Virus record (IMG/VR): IMGVR_UViG_3300012933_000154
Coordinates: 1 to 41,845 of that record
Source of the DNA: a virus
Lineage: Duplodnaviria; Caudoviricetes
Direction: 5' to 3' (one strand)
DNA: 41,845 nt
Shown here: one piece after another, positions 33,484-41,845 of the stretch
How positions within the stretch are numbered: the stretch's first letter is position 1
How the letters are laid out: the number at the start of each line of letters is the position of its first letter
Made by a program: the position numbers and the translations under genes
Notes under the pieces: generated by a model
Database searches by the model: none
Told to the model about the DNA's origin: nothing
The model's input: only the letters and a program-made list of their open reading frames with translations

Positions 33484-36400
33484 TAGTTAATACCTCTCTG
33501 GGCCAGCAGAACATTGCCAGCGTTAGCCGATGAAGCAATCTTACCAGTCTCAGTAAAGAGGTTTACTGGGCGATCAATCGCAGCGCGAAGAAGTGCGCGG
33601 TCGTCAGGTGAAAGATAGACAACCTGTGAACCGCCGTTTGAACCGGCAGCGCTTCCGGCACTAACTGGCATGCGACCGTACTTCATCTGGTTTAGTGAAT
33701 TCATGAAGTCAAGGCCGTAAGTCTTGACAGAGGCTGCGTTCATAACGAACTCGCCATTTGACAATCGCGCAGGGATGCTGTCTGAGCGTGAACCGCCAGG
33801 ACCAGAAACGTAACCACCGTTAGCGTAGGCGAGTTTCACATCAAAAGGCTTGTACTTTAGTCCGTTGGTTGCTTCCCACTTGCTAATGTACTTCATAGCG
33901 TTATCGAGCACCATTGAGTGAGCGATTCGAGTAAGCGACTGGTCCCACCAGTTCTTCTTGTTCCAAGAAGTCATTTCTGCGCGAAGGTCGTTGTAAACCT
34001 TTAGGTAGGTAGCCAAGCCGGTAGGTGTCTTAGGTCCGGCTGGCGTAGTAGTAGTCTTAGTAGTAGAAGCAGCAGGAGCAGCAGGGAGTTTTAGCCCAGA
34101 AGCCGGGTTAGACGTGGCTCCGGTTGCAGTCTTACTACTGGTAGTCGTAGGAGGCGTGACAGTGCCTGCGCTATTAGCAACGCCATCCTTGTCGTAAACA
34201 ATTTTGACGTTAAGCATGTGCTCTTTTGCAAGGTATTCCTGCACAGCGTTGAACTCATCTGTCTTGCTTGCGTCGAACTCGATAGTCACATCGCGAGGAG
34301 TAGTGTGTACAGCCGTGGCGTACTTGTCGAACTGGTCAGCGTACAAAGCCAATTCGGTAGAGTTGAAACCAACCTGCTTACCCTGATCGATAAACTTCGC
34401 CTTTAGGTCAGTCACCTGCTTTTCAAGGTCAGTACCTTTAACGCCAGTGGCCATCAAAGCCTGAATGTAAGACTGATACTTGCCAAGCATGTCAACCATG
34501 CCAGCGCGGTTAGCCGCACCAACCTCAGTGCTGTCGGTTAGCGACTTGTTAGTTGACTCCTGAGCCTTAGTCAAGTCAGAGTTTGCGTCAGCGAGTTCGC
34601 TAGTCTTCTTAGCAATCTCGGCACGGAGTGCAGTTGCTCGCTTAGTGTCGCCGTAGCGAACAGCAACAGAAAGTTTGTAGTCAAGGATTCCCTTGTCAGC
34701 ACTTAGGCTGGCAACTGTGTCCTTTGCCTTCTGCACGGACTTCGCGGCCTCATCGGCTGCTGTCTTCATGCTTCTCCAGCCAGCAGAAATCTCATCAAGG
34801 CCAGTCTGCTTAGAGAACTTAATGTCATCGATGCGCTTAAAGATGCCGATCATCTGTGAAGCGTAATCTACAACAGTCTTTACAGCGTCTTTAGTAGACT
34901 TAGCGCCCTTAGTCAAATCCTTAACCGAAACAAGAGGGGCCTTGAACGCGTCAGCAACTTTCTTTCCAGTCTGGTCAGCGCCCAAACCAAGCAAGATGGT
35001 TTCGTTGTAAGAGCCTTGCATTTCAACCTGCAAGCCCTCAAGAAGCATGTTGGCATTAGTCCAAGCATCGTTGAACAGACCAGGGAAAATCCACTTCTGG
35101 CCCTCGATCTTCTTCTTCAAGCCCTCAAAGTAAGTTTCGCCCTTACCGCTAAAGACTGCAGCCAAAGCCTTGTCAGGGTTATAGCCGGTCTTTGCGAGAA
35201 GGTCCATAGCGTCTTGGTTCTTAGCAACCTTCTTGACAACCTCGCTACGAGCGATTGCGTTCTTCATCCAAGCAACGGTGTTAGAGCCGATCGCAATAGT
35301 CTGCTCGCCAATTCTCGTAGTGGAGTTAGCGAAATAAGTTGGTTCTGCACCAACAATGCTCAGAACGTTGTTGTGCGCAGCAATAGCGTCATTAACTTCT
35401 TTAGAGTTGTCAGCGGTAGCCTCGGTGTGGATAAGAATAATACCCTGTGCTTTTGCATACTCTTCAGCAGTCTGCCCGGCAGCCCTAGCGTTTTCATTTA
35501 GCGCAGCAGTGTCAGAGGTTAGAGCATCCTGTAAGCCGTCAAAGCCGCCAAGCATACTCTCAGCCTGAGAGATCATTGCGCCCATAGGGTCGACAGCCTT
35601 GTAGATAGCATCGCCAATCGCAACGATAGCCGCCGCAGCAGCAGCCAGAGCAGCAATCCAGCCGGCAGCCTTCATCGCCTGGCCCAAAGCAAGCATCGCC
35701 ATTTTAGTAGCACTTAAAGCGCCTGTCGCGCCGGCTGCGGTGGTAGCAGTAGCCACCATAGCACCATCAACGCGAGCCAAGCCTGCAACTGCAGTATTAG
35801 CAGACTTGCTGCCCATACTCTCCATAGCAGTACCGAAAGCAAAAATAGCAGCCTGACCCAGAGCCATAACACCAGCCAGCGTGCCAACGATAGCGACCAG
35901 AGAAGAAATGCCGATAGCAATAGCACCAAGCCAGTAGCCGACAGGACTGCGAGACATATCAGTCATGGCCTTTAGCACAGTGTTGATACCATCAAGAAGA
36001 AGTTTGAAAGCGTCACCAACGACACTCTCACCCAAGCCTGCAACAAAGTTGTCCCAGTTGTTCTTCAAAAGTTCTAGTTTTGCTGCAACAGTATCCTGAA
36101 TTTTGCCATAAGACTCGGTTAGGTAAGAGCCCTCAGCAAACGCCTCCTTGGCGTTGCGGATAGAGTCGGCGTAAACGTTGTAGTTGTCACCAAGTTTTTG
36201 CACAGTCTGGATGTCACGAACATTCTTCAGGCCGATGCCACGAAGCACAGTGTCAAGGTTCTGACCCTTGTTGCTCATAGACTGGAGGCCCTTTACGAAG
36301 CCATCAAAAGCAACCTGACCATTCTTAGTCCAAGAACTAGAGAACTCTTCCGCAGACATGTTAGCGATAGACGCATAGGTCTCAAGAGAAGCGCCACCCT

Positions 36401-37577
36401 TAGAAACAGCCTCATTGATGCCAGCAAAGGTACGCATGATCGAACCACGAGCCGCTTCAGGGGCGATACCAACAGAAGCCAACGCGGTAGCCAAACCAAT
36501 AACTTCAGGAGTCGAGAACTTCGCCATCTTGGCGGTAGTAGCAATTTCCTTAGTAACTGCAGTAATCTGCGTTTCAGTAGCAACAGCCTTTACACCGGCA
36601 AAAGCAATAGCCGAACCAAGTTTTGCGTAAGCGTCTTCTCCCGGACCGACTTCTTGCTCAACGTTCAAAAGTTCACCAATACGACCGAACGACATAGCAG
36701 TCGCCTCAGCAGTCATACCAGTAGTCGTTGCGAACTGTGCGACAGTCTTAGAGAAACTTGCAACCTCACCCTGGGCGATGCCCAACTGGTTTGCAATGGT
36801 GGCGATCTCGGAAACCTTGCCGAAAGCCACAGGAATCTCAGAAGCAACCTCCATGAGGGCATACTTCATGACACGCGCTGCTTCACCGACCTTGATGCTA
36901 GTGAACTCGGTCGTGCGCTCAACGTTAACAAAAGCACGCTCGTAGGCGATAGCAGTGCCAGCCATCTCCTTGATCGCCATCGCTGCCATGCCTGCAACCT
37001 GCTGGTAAGCGGCAGCGACATCGTAAAGTGCGTAACGTTCACGAGCCAAGTTGCGAACATTATCGCCAGAGCCCTTTGCGCGAGCAGCATCAAAACGCTG
37101 ATTCATTGCGTTAGCCTGAGCGTGAATCTTATTCATGCGCTCACGCTCAAGCATCTGACCCTTTATAGAGTCAGAGAAAATCTTGCCTTCACGGCGCTGC
37201 AGAGCAATAGCGTCTTCATAAAGGCTGGAAGTAGTGCGGTGATCCTTAATGCGGGCATCCATAGCCTGCTTGCGCATCATCTCAGACTGCAACTCGACCT
37301 TGGCGTTATTGCGCTCAGTCTGGCCCATGGCCTTAGCCATTTGCTCTTCTTGAGCCATAGCCTGCATAGCGGCGTTAGCCGCAGCCTTACGAGCGTTAGC
37401 CTCAGAAGAAGCCTTGCTAGAAGACGCAGCAGAAGTGCTGGCCTGGATAGAGACCTTCTTGGCGTTTAGCGCATTGATCTCAGCATTAAGGTTCTGAACA
37501 GCGTTCTTAGCGCGCTCGATGTTAGCGAGGAATGGCGCAACGTCAACATTAATTTGTGCATCAAAGTTTAACGCCAC
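33483..37577 (-). CDS. Tape measure protein
   Basis: 1364 aa, Ala-rich and helical; TP901-type core; C-terminal 'YANGGYVSGPG..RSDSIPARLSNGEFVM'. Confidence 0.95.
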   Translation of the reverse strand: MALNFDAQINVDVAPFLANIERAKNAVQNLNAEINALNAKKVSIQASTSAASSSKASSEANARKAAANAAMQAMAQEEQMAKAMGQTERNNAKVELQSEMMRKQAMDARIKDHRTTSSLYEDAIALQRREGKIFSDSIKGQMLERERMNKIHAQANAMNQRFDAARAKGSGDNVRNLARERYALYDVAAAYQQVAGMAAMAIKEMAGTAIAYERAFVNVERTTEFTSIKVGEAARVMKYALMEVASEIPVAFGKVSEIATIANQLGIAQGEVASFSKTVAQFATTTGMTAEATAMSFGRIGELLNVEQEVGPGEDAYAKLGSAIAFAGVKAVATETQITAVTKEIATTAKMAKFSTPEVIGLATALASVGIAPEAARGSIMRTFAGINEAVSKGGASLETYASIANMSAEEFSSSWTKNGQVAFDGFVKGLQSMSNKGQNLDTVLRGIGLKNVRDIQTVQKLGDNYNVYADSIRNAKEAFAEGSYLTESYGKIQDTVAAKLELLKNNWDNFVAGLGESVVGDAFKLLLDGINTVLKAMTDMSRSPVGYWLGAIAIGISSLVAIVGTLAGVMALGQAAIFAFGTAMESMGSKSANTAVAGLARVDGAMVATATTAAGATGALSATKMAMLALGQAMKAAGWIAALAAAAAAIVAIGDAIYKAVDPMGAMISQAESMLGGFDGLQDALTSDTAALNENARAAGQTAEEYAKAQGIILIHTEATADNSKEVNDAIAAHNNVLSIVGAEPTYFANSTTRIGEQTIAIGSNTVAWMKNAIARSEVVKKVAKNQDAMDLLAKTGYNPDKALAAVFSGKGETYFEGLKKKIEGQKWIFPGLFNDAWTNANMLLEGLQVEMQGSYNETILLGLGADQTGKKVADAFKAPLVSVKDLTKGAKSTKDAVKTVVDYASQMIGIFKRIDDIKFSKQTGLDEISAGWRSMKTAADEAAKSVQKAKDTVASLSADKGILDYKLSVAVRYGDTKRATALRAEIAKKTSELADANSDLTKAQESTNKSLTDSTEVGAANRAGMVDMLGKYQSYIQALMATGVKGTDLEKQVTDLKAKFIDQGKQVGFNSTELALYADQFDKYATAVHTTPRDVTIEFDASKTDEFNAVQEYLAKEHMLNVKIVYDKDGVANSAGTVTPPTTTSSKTATGATSNPASGLKLPAAPAASTTKTTTTPAGPKTPTGLATYLKVYNDLRAEMTSWNKKNWWDQSLTRIAHSMVLDNAMKYISKWEATNGLKYKPFDVKLAYANGGYVSGPGGSRSDSIPARLSNGEFVMNAASVKTYGLDFMNSLNQMKYGRMPVSAGSAAGSNGGSQVVYLSPDDRALLRAAIDRPVNLFTETGKIASSANAGNVLLAQRGIN

Positions 37578-37618
37578 AAAACACCGCCTAAAGTATAATC
37601 TATAACTACTATTCTACC

Positions 37619-38631
37619 CTATTGATTCTCAGCAAGGCTTTTGTAGAAGTGCATGCGAGAAGGCATATCGCCACCATCGTAAGTGTAAGCAACCGAATAA
37701 GGGTACTTGCCATAGTTCTTGGCAGAGTCCTTCTTCTTGCTTTCCTTCTCCTGCCACTTGTCCATCTCCGCCTTAGCGAAACAAACAGCAGTCTTAATCT
37801 TGAAGCCAACGTTGGAAGCAGCCTCGTTCCGGCACACCCAAATAGGATTACCGCACTCGTTACAAGTTTCCTCTTCGAGGATTTGCATAGCCTCGACCAA
37901 AAGAAAGTCCAAATCCGTCCAGGGTTCCGTTGGTTGTTCACGGAACAACATCGCGGCTGGACGGATATTGGCTTTGAGGGCAGCCTTTATCTTGGTAATA
38001 TAGCCGCGATTACCTTCCCAAGTTAGGACTTCGGTAAAAAACCTGCATCCGTCAAGCCCTTGAAGTATGCTCCGGCAAGAGTCAACTGCTGCATCTTCTC
38101 AGTAACCATGTCCCAGATTTCCTTAGGCAGGTACTGACGGAACTCGTTAACATCCTCAGAGGTGAAGACGCGCTCGTCAAGTTCACCAGCAGCGTTCTCA
38201 ACGCTGACAAGGTTTGCAGCGACAAGGCCACAAGTCCACTCGCGGATCCACTCAGGGTTAGTTTCTTCCTGACCAAAAGCGTTCACAGTTGCAGGATAAA
38301 GTTCGTCGCACTTCTTAGAAATGCTCTCAATGATGCTCTGGTTTACACCGCGCATGTGGAAAACAATCTTAGACGCTAGGAGACGCTCAGAGAGCACCTT
38401 AGCCTGCGCTTCAAGGTCAGCAACCTTAGCCTCTTCGCCAAACAGCACAGAGTTGATCTGTGAGTTGATCTTGGTTAGTTCGTATGCTGCATCAACGTCA
38501 AGGTATGCGGTGACGCTATCAGAAGGGTACGCGCGACCCTTAGCAAACTCAGTAATGTCGAAAACGCCCTTAGACTGCGCCTTTTCGACGAGTTTAAGAA
38601 CGTTCTCAGTTGAATCTTGTGCTTCGCTCAT
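37619..38631 (-). CDS. Tail assembly chaperone, -1 frameshifted long form (G-T)
   Basis: Slippery T TTT TTA at 38041-38035; the -1 frame reads FTEVLTWEGNRGY...AAMLFREQ without a stop into ORF 37619-37951. Confidence 0.85.
38023..38631 (-). CDS. Tail assembly chaperone, short form (G)
   Basis: Between major tail and tape measure genes; ends '...DAGFLPKS'. Confidence 0.85.
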   Translation of the reverse strand: MSEAQDSTENVLKLVEKAQSKGVFDITEFAKGRAYPSDSVTAYLDVDAAYELTKINSQINSVLFGEEAKVADLEAQAKVLSERLLASKIVFHMRGVNQSIIESISKKCDELYPATVNAFGQEETNPEWIREWTCGLVAANLVSVENAAGELDERVFTSEDVNEFRQYLPKEIWDMVTEKMQQLTLAGAYFKGLTDAGFLPKS

Positions 38632-38666
38632 TTTTTCGCCTATTCATCGCCCGTTTGAAAGTTTAA

Positions 38667-38705
38667 AGTCAGGGAGGGGGAATGGGCGCAAACCCCTCCC
38701 TGACT
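38667..38705 (-). terminator. Terminator/attenuator hairpin after the major tail gene
   Basis: 13-bp perfect stem AGTCAGGGAGGGG/CCCCTCCCTGACT, 13-nt loop, then TTAAACTTT. Confidence 0.75.
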
Positions 38706-38713
38706 GTTCTAAC

Positions 38714-39796
38714 TTAGGCTACAGCAGCAACGTTTACAGCCAACTTGCCCTGAGGCTGGAAGTTGACCATGAACTTAACGCTGTCTTCACCTTCGGTGTT
38801 GTCCATAGTTGCATCTGCGATGAACTTGAAGGCGTTAACCTTCTGAGTTGCAGCAAGTGCAGTGGTGGCAGGAACGCCGATACGGGTCACTAGGAAGCCC
38901 TGTGGGCGTGAGCCGTCAGTTGATGCCTTGAAGGTCTCAAATGCGTCGTAGTACGCGCCTGACTCTTCTGCGAGGATTCCACGGAAGAAGGTTAGTGAGC
39001 CAGAGAACTGTGCGAAACCACGAGACTGAACTGCACCGGTGTCAACAATGCCACGGTCGTCAATCTTGTTAGAGTCGGTAGCGCCAAGGTCGTAACCATC
39101 CCACGCAATAGCGTTGGTAAGTTCAACAGAACCAGAAGCAGTGAAGTCGCTGATGTCTGGAGCAGCAAGCCATGCGTCCTCGGTGCCGGTGATGTTGCTT
39201 GATGGAATCCACCAAACGCGAATCTTACCGTTAGAGGTTGACTTGGTTCCGACAGTAGCAGCAAGTGCTGGACCGGTACCTGCAGTACCTGAACCAACAG
39301 CAACGTTGATGCCAACTTCACCGGTGGTTAGGAAACGTGCGCCGATGCGAAGCATCTCGCCGTCGCCAACAAGGTCAACAGGGAAGTCGGTCTTTACGCC
39401 GTAGATTGAGATAAGGTCGCCTGCAGCGAAAGCAGCAGTGTGAGCCTTACCAATACGCTTGATGATGTAGTACTTAACATCAGCGGTAGCGAAAAGGTCA
39501 CGGAACTTGTTGTAAACCGAAGTCGCTGAAGGGTTCTCGTCACGGAAACCGTCAAGAGAAGCCTCGTAGTTGTAGTAAGTTGGGGTGCTGACGTTAGCGT
39601 TGTCGACAATTGCTAGTGAAGTGTCTGCGTCTGAGTCAGTCTGGTTTAGGGTATAGTCGTCGGTGACGGCTGGTGAAATGTTGAATACCTTAGTTGCGTC
39701 GGTGATCTCAGTCAGCGTAGGGGCTGCCCAGTTAGCGAACGCATCAGCGGCGGCAACATAAATACCAACGTTTGGACGAAGCATCTTTGTAGCCAT
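38714..39796 (-). CDS. Major tail (tube) protein with tandemly duplicated domain
   Basis: 'AAPTLTEI' tail-tube motif; second half repeats the pattern; synteny. Confidence 0.88.
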   Translation of the reverse strand: MATKMLRPNVGIYVAAADAFANWAAPTLTEITDATKVFNISPAVTDDYTLNQTDSDADTSLAIVDNANVSTPTYYNYEASLDGFRDENPSATSVYNKFRDLFATADVKYYIIKRIGKAHTAAFAAGDLISIYGVKTDFPVDLVGDGEMLRIGARFLTTGEVGINVAVGSGTAGTGPALAATVGTKSTSNGKIRVWWIPSSNITGTEDAWLAAPDISDFTASGSVELTNAIAWDGYDLGATDSNKIDDRGIVDTGAVQSRGFAQFSGSLTFFRGILAEESGAYYDAFETFKASTDGSRPQGFLVTRIGVPATTALAATQKVNAFKFIADATMDNTEGEDSVKFMVNFQPQGKLAVNVAAVA

Positions 39797-39799
39797 GCT

Positions 39800-40012
39800 T
39801 TATTCCTCGTTCTCTTCAATGTTGATTTCAGGTTCAGGCTTTACAACCTTGACCACTGGAGCAGGCTGCTCCTTGATTTTTGTTTCTTTTTTTGGTGCAG
39901 CCTGGATTTCATCCTCAACGAGAACTAGATCCTTGCCCAAAACTGAGTGACCCACATAGTGGGCAGGCACGGAAACAATGTTCCCAGTGCGAGTATTCTT
40001 TACCAAAGGCAT
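39800..40012 (-). CDS. Small hypothetical virion-module protein
   Basis: GAAGGA RBS; directly upstream of the major tail gene. Confidence 0.7.
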   Translation of the reverse strand: MPLVKNTRTGNIVSVPAHYVGHSVLGKDLVLVEDEIQAAPKKETKIKEQPAPVVKVVKPEPEINIEENEE

Positions 40013-40036
40013 GCTAAGATTCCTTCCGAATCATAT

Positions 40037-40471
40037 CTATGATACCACAGTGTTCACTATGAACACGAATGGAATCTCCGCGACGTAACGCTCTGGGGCC
40101 CCGTTTCCATCAGCGTCTACATAGTTTCTGCCACCTGGAGTCAGGCGCATTTCTCCAGCATCACTCGGAGTAAAGCCAAGCAGTTTGTCTCGAACCAAAC
40201 CAGCAACCTCTCGGGCCGCTCGCTCAGTAGGGGCAATGCACTTGACAACTGCGTAACTAATGCCGACGTTGTGGCGCACAGAGGTGATGCCGCGCCCACG
40301 GGCGCTCTCCGCCATATCGCCGTAACTTACAACAATATAAGGCAGGAACAACTTGTTGCCACCGTGCGTAATCTTGACATTCTCAGGAACGGCAGTGTCG
40401 TACACATCCTGATTAAGTTCTTTAAGTTTGTTCGTAATCTGATCTTGAACTGCAAGAAGATTTAAACTCAT
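40037..40471 (-). CDS. Tail terminator
   Basis: 'VYD..VP', 'PYIVV', 'A..V...L.G'; synteny. Confidence 0.7.
   Translation of the reverse strand: MSLNLLAVQDQITNKLKELNQDVYDTAVPENVKITHGGNKLFLPYIVVSYGDMAESARGRGITSVRHNVGISYAVVKCIAPTERAAREVAGLVRDKLLGFTPSDAGEMRLTPGGRNYVDADGNGAPERYVAEIPFVFIVNTVVS
40039..40050 (-). promoter_or_regulatory. Putative late promoter, extended -10 (CTGTGGTATCAT)
   Basis: Identical to 2525-2536; upstream of the major tail operon. Confidence 0.55.
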
Positions 40472-40995
40472 GACCAAGTACCTCCACCTGAAACTATGAA
40501 ACCGTTTTCTTTAGCGACCATGCGCAAGTTATTTTCAGACGCAACCGCTGCGCCGAGTTCCTGCAAAACGCCCTTAGAGCCGCCAGCCGTGCTGTTAATA
40601 AGACCCATACCCATGCGCTTGCCAGTCTTATAGTTACCGGAGTCCTGCTGCAAGAAGTAATCCTGCTTGTTCTCAATCCAACCAAACTTACCCGTAATGC
40701 CCTGGCCCTTAATAACCGCGTCTTGCTTCTGCACGCTGCGGTACATGTTTCCAGGGTTAGGTTGCGCAGGCCAATCACCATAAGTCGCGTTACCGAGGCG
40801 AGAGCCGTCAGGGTAGCCGTTAGCGGCGTTCTTGGCATCGTGCCCTTCGCTGCCGGTAGGGCTGCCTTCCATGATGTATTGGCGCATGTAAGACTTACCA
40901 AAGTCAACAGCGGAACTTACAGACTTTGCGCCAGCAGCCTTAACTTGAATCTCGAACTCGATAGCGAAACTACCGAACTCTGAAAGTTTAGGCAT
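40468..40995 (-). CDS. Neck/tail completion protein (HK97 gp10 position)
   Basis: Between stopper and tail terminator genes; 'G.M..SV' motif. Confidence 0.55.
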   Translation of the reverse strand: MPKLSEFGSFAIEFEIQVKAAGAKSVSSAVDFGKSYMRQYIMEGSPTGSEGHDAKNAANGYPDGSRLGNATYGDWPAQPNPGNMYRSVQKQDAVIKGQGITGKFGWIENKQDYFLQQDSGNYKTGKRMGMGLINSTAGGSKGVLQELGAAVASENNLRMVAKENGFIVSGGGTWS

Positions 40996-41452
40996 TAGGG
41001 TCAGACTCCATATCAACATCGCACACGAGGGTGCGCTGCCAAGCGTTAGAACTGTTAATCACAGAACGAACAATGTAAACAAACTTTGTCAACTGGTCAG
41101 AAGCCGGAGAAGAAGAAACAATGATGTAGTTGCCTGGGCGAATGTCAACCATGTCACCGTTAGAGCCAGTAATCGTGTTGCCCTGCAAATCAAGTTGCAT
41201 CTCGACTTGCTGAACAACAGTGTTGTTACCAGAAAGGCTACGGTCCGAACCATTCATCTTAGGCTGCACACGGGCGCGCCCAGACCAGATAGCGGTCTCG
41301 TTAGTGTCCCAAGTGTTGTTTACCGCGTTGTAAACGCGAGCAGACTGGTTCTCGTTATAGACGGTAATAGTCGCAAGTTGGAAAGCGCGCGAAACAGGTC
41401 GGTGGTGTGTCAACCAGCGAGGATCAAGTGCGCTTCTACCATTCACGCTCAT
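40988..41452 (-). CDS. Head-to-tail stopper (DUF6093-like)
   Basis: 'IWSGRARVQ' and a beta-rich pattern; follows the adaptor gene. Confidence 0.7.
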   Translation of the reverse strand: MSVNGRSALDPRWLTHHRPVSRAFQLATITVYNENQSARVYNAVNNTWDTNETAIWSGRARVQPKMNGSDRSLSGNNTVVQQVEMQLDLQGNTITGSNGDMVDIRPGNYIIVSSSPASDQLTKFVYIVRSVINSSNAWQRTLVCDVDMESDPNA

Positions 41453-41844
41453 TAAAAAGCATTTCTGTTAAAGTCCACAATTTCAAACGCATCAAAAGCG
41501 TCAGCGAAATCATCCTGATCTGCCTGAGCCCGCAACTCTGCAGCCTGAGCGCGAAGTTCAGCACCAAGTTTCGCGCCATCAGTTTGCAAGTCGTCAGTCT
41601 TGATAACTTTGCTGATTAGCGCTTCTGAGGTTGCTAGAACAAGTTTCGCTTGTGCAGCAGCGCGCTTGACGTTGTTGCTGTACAGGGTTGCGAAAGCCTG
41701 AATCTGGCTGTCGTTGAAAATGTATGCTGGAGTAACCGAAACGTCGGCAGGGTCGCCTAACTGGTCAACGTCAGGGATGAGCAGACGAATCTGCCCAACA
41801 ACGGTTGCATAGTCTGGTGGGGTTACGTCAGGAATCGTAGGCAT
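41452..41844 (-). CDS. Head-to-tail adaptor
   Basis: 'GQIRLLIPD', 'F.D.QI.AF', 'V.RAAA', 'DL.TDG'; follows the capsid gene if the window is circular. Confidence 0.8.
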   Translation of the reverse strand: MPTIPDVTPPDYATVVGQIRLLIPDVDQLGDPADVSVTPAYIFNDSQIQAFATLYSNNVKRAAAQAKLVLATSEALISKVIKTDDLQTDGAKLGAELRAQAAELRAQADQDDFADAFDAFEIVDFNRNAF

Positions 41845-41845
41845 A

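Noticed and set aside
1-41845. Alternative genetic code or stop-codon reassignment
   Set aside because: Genes tile densely in code 11, TAA, TAG and TGA all serve as stops, and no suppressor tRNA is present

Overview
The window looks like an essentially complete, circularly permuted genome of a siphovirus infecting Actinomycetota. Host evidence: WhiB, NrdH, an actinobacterial-type SSB, actinobacterial SOS boxes and a tmRNA-like GGTTTCG loop. A freshwater Microbacteriaceae-like host is an inference only. The minus strand carries packaging and head genes (6472->10) and head-tail, tail and lysis genes (41844->26601); these join across the window ends. The plus strand (8483->26546) carries early and replication genes: class II glutamine amidotransferase, SSB, SF2 helicase, ThyX, C5-MTase, NrdH, WhiB, Cas4-like nuclease, Sak4-like ATPase, primase-helicase, RuvC-like resolvase and metallophosphoesterase, plus tRNA-Asn and tRNA-Trp. 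I recognised no integrase, CI-like repressor or DNA polymerase. The most unusual content is non-coding: (1) an ~80-nt RNA that reproduces the tmRNA tRNA-like domain (G3.U70, GGTTTCG D-loop, T arm) with no tag ORF; (2) a second tRNA-shaped element with an anti-Shine-Dalgarno loop, preceded by an H-type pseudoknot, in the primase leader; (3) further candidate sRNAs; (4) two LexA boxes and several repeat arrays between a divergent amidoligase/amidotransferase pair; (5) strong GATC depletion in the early half, where nearly all surviving sites overlap TCGA. All protein calls come from motifs and synteny read by eye; no searches were run.
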